64,000 bases of DNA from Thermodesulfobacteriota bacterium (GTDB lineage Bacteria; Desulfobacterota; Desulfarculia; JACQYL01). Shown here piece after piece: positions 63,601 through 64,000 of this stretch. The notes under the pieces were generated by a model. That model searched no databases. It was given only the letters and a program-made list of their open reading frames with translations, and had not been told where the DNA came from. A program made the translations under genes and the position numbers. The stretch covers positions 4,224,001 through 4,288,000 of the forward strand of contig CAXXLZ010000002.1 in the NCBI GenBank assembly GCA_963675595.2, given 5' to 3'. Every line of letters starts with the position of its first letter. The stretch's first letter is position 1.

Positions 63601-64000
63601 ACCGTTTTCGTTCCACCAAGGACCTGGCAAACGCGGTCTCAGCCTCGAACTCGGTAAGTCCCAGGGCGGCTTCCACAGCCTCCACGTCGGCTTCGATCCC
63701 CACGCTCTCCCCAAGCTCTTCCTGAATCCTGCGAAGCTCCTCAAGCCCCGGAAGTTCAAAGTCCAGCATGGTGAAATACTTTTCCAGCTCCGCCGGCAGG
63801 CTTACCTGAGGCCCAACCAAGACCAGACAACATCCTTGGCCTTTCCAGGAGGGCAGGCTGTTCTGGATTTCCTGGATGATATCCACGGAACCTAAAGAGT
63901 GGTGGAAGTTGTGCACGAAGAGCACGGTGTCCTCTTTTCCCGAGAGCCACTTGAGACTGCTCAATGGATCACTGGAATCGTCGTTTCGCATGCCGGACTG
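57613..64000 (-). CDS. Ycf46-like AAA+ ATPase (exons >64000-63218 and 58095-57613; 5' end probably outside window)
   Basis: GVPGCGKS; Walker B WCDELEK|VLSG joins in frame after both introns are removed; ATAN...LPPEFLRSGRFD. Confidence 0.9.
58096..60656 (-). mobile_element. Group II intron, downstream copy (2561 nt)
   Basis: 5' GTGCG, domain V GAGCCGTATGCGGTGAAAGCCGCACGTACGGTTC, 3' ...CCCTAC. Confidence 0.95.
58185..60047 (-). CDS. ltrA: Group II intron-encoded RT/maturase/HNH endonuclease (LtrA-like)
   Basis: LRPLGIP, GTPQGG, RYADD, C-terminal CEFC...EVHH...CVHCH. Confidence 0.95.
   Translation of the reverse strand: MLMLSATTIKRLNALGKLSKQGKRVNGLFRLMENPTLWEDAYANIYSNKGAMTKGVDGVTLDGFSDERAKNIIKLLKDGRYKFKPSKRVYIPKANGKLRPLGIPSGDDKLIQEVTRAILERIYEPIFSDRSHGFRPERSCHTALRYLQKYWTGVKWIIDMDIRGFFDNIDHKVLIRLLEKRIDDRRFINLIKAMLKAGYIDDWKYHATYSGTPQGGIISPILANIYLHELDEFMESLVQEFNKGKRRRRNEEYLRYQYLVRRQRIRFARAQQAGETEKLKEIEAELREHCRMRRLVPSLDFHDEGYKRLMYIRYADDFLIGMIGSKEDCRQVMQTVRGFVQEHLRLQISEEKSGLRHCTEETRFLGYDITTYPVGKSVKVKLGGTYTTRRLGAGRIQLKVPSDKMAAFCKKNGYGNYENFEVMPRLNLVNLMDTQILTIYNAELRGFANYYVLAQGAVRALQKLQSVWFRSLTRTFARKHRCSKRTVRRRLKVEPGEYAITEWYHGKLRTTRLFRLKDLKFYRSSLLQNLDSVPNTKKYRATYSDILSRLRAQKCEFCGRAGGYFEVHHAGSMSAVADGNEPWKELMRERNRKTLVLCVHCHRQLHDGTLPDLRFPGKCK
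60657..63217 (-). mobile_element. Group II intron, upstream copy (2561 nt)
   Basis: Same termini as the other copy; its 3' AC abuts that copy's GTGCG directly. Confidence 0.95.
60746..62608 (-). CDS. ltrA: Group II intron-encoded RT/maturase/HNH endonuclease, same protein sequence as 58185-60047
   Basis: Identical 620-aa translation in the ORF track. Confidence 0.95.
   Translation of the reverse strand: MLMLSATTIKRLNALGKLSKQGKRVNGLFRLMENPTLWEDAYANIYSNKGAMTKGVDGVTLDGFSDERAKNIIKLLKDGRYKFKPSKRVYIPKANGKLRPLGIPSGDDKLIQEVTRAILERIYEPIFSDRSHGFRPERSCHTALRYLQKYWTGVKWIIDMDIRGFFDNIDHKVLIRLLEKRIDDRRFINLIKAMLKAGYIDDWKYHATYSGTPQGGIISPILANIYLHELDEFMESLVQEFNKGKRRRRNEEYLRYQYLVRRQRIRFARAQQAGETEKLKEIEAELREHCRMRRLVPSLDFHDEGYKRLMYIRYADDFLIGMIGSKEDCRQVMQTVRGFVQEHLRLQISEEKSGLRHCTEETRFLGYDITTYPVGKSVKVKLGGTYTTRRLGAGRIQLKVPSDKMAAFCKKNGYGNYENFEVMPRLNLVNLMDTQILTIYNAELRGFANYYVLAQGAVRALQKLQSVWFRSLTRTFARKHRCSKRTVRRRLKVEPGEYAITEWYHGKLRTTRLFRLKDLKFYRSSLLQNLDSVPNTKKYRATYSDILSRLRAQKCEFCGRAGGYFEVHHAGSMSAVADGNEPWKELMRERNRKTLVLCVHCHRQLHDGTLPDLRFPGKCK

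Larger units (their letters stand above)
5956..64000. mobile_element. tRNA-Phe-integrated genomic island / integrative element (distal end outside window)
   Basis: Integrase ends 46 nt from the tRNA 3' end, followed by an xis-like gene, replication initiator, ISs, introns and cargo. No core genes after 5955. No second att copy noticed. Confidence 0.8.

Noticed and set aside
1-64000. CRISPR array or cas genes
   Set aside because: No regularly spaced repeat-spacer pattern or cas motif noticed.

Overview
Bacterial chromosomal window; gene content suggests a Desulfobacterota-like anaerobe (inference). Bases 1-5955 are host core: hemL, ahbB, a c-type cytochrome, a universal stress protein, a NeuB fusion and tRNA-Phe. 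A large integrative element starts at the tRNA 3' end and runs past the window end. Its tyrosine integrase is split by an IS701-like element. Its backbone (about 6.0-10.8 kb and 47.2-64 kb) surrounds about 35 kb of signal-transduction cargo: truncated KaiC, CheB/CheR, an MCP, and five multi-PAS hybrid kinases, one fused to an XRE helix-turn-helix and one split by an IS110-family element. The most striking signal is that the backbone looks archaeal. It has an intact Orc1/Cdc6 initiator beside an AT-rich region flanked by inverted ORB-like boxes, and six backbone genes are preceded by BRE+TATA-like motifs; two of these share an identical 16-mer about 40 kb apart. At the right end a Ycf46-like AAA ATPase is interrupted by two 2561-nt group II introns fused head-to-tail with no spacer. 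All family calls come from motif recognition by eye; no database searches were run.
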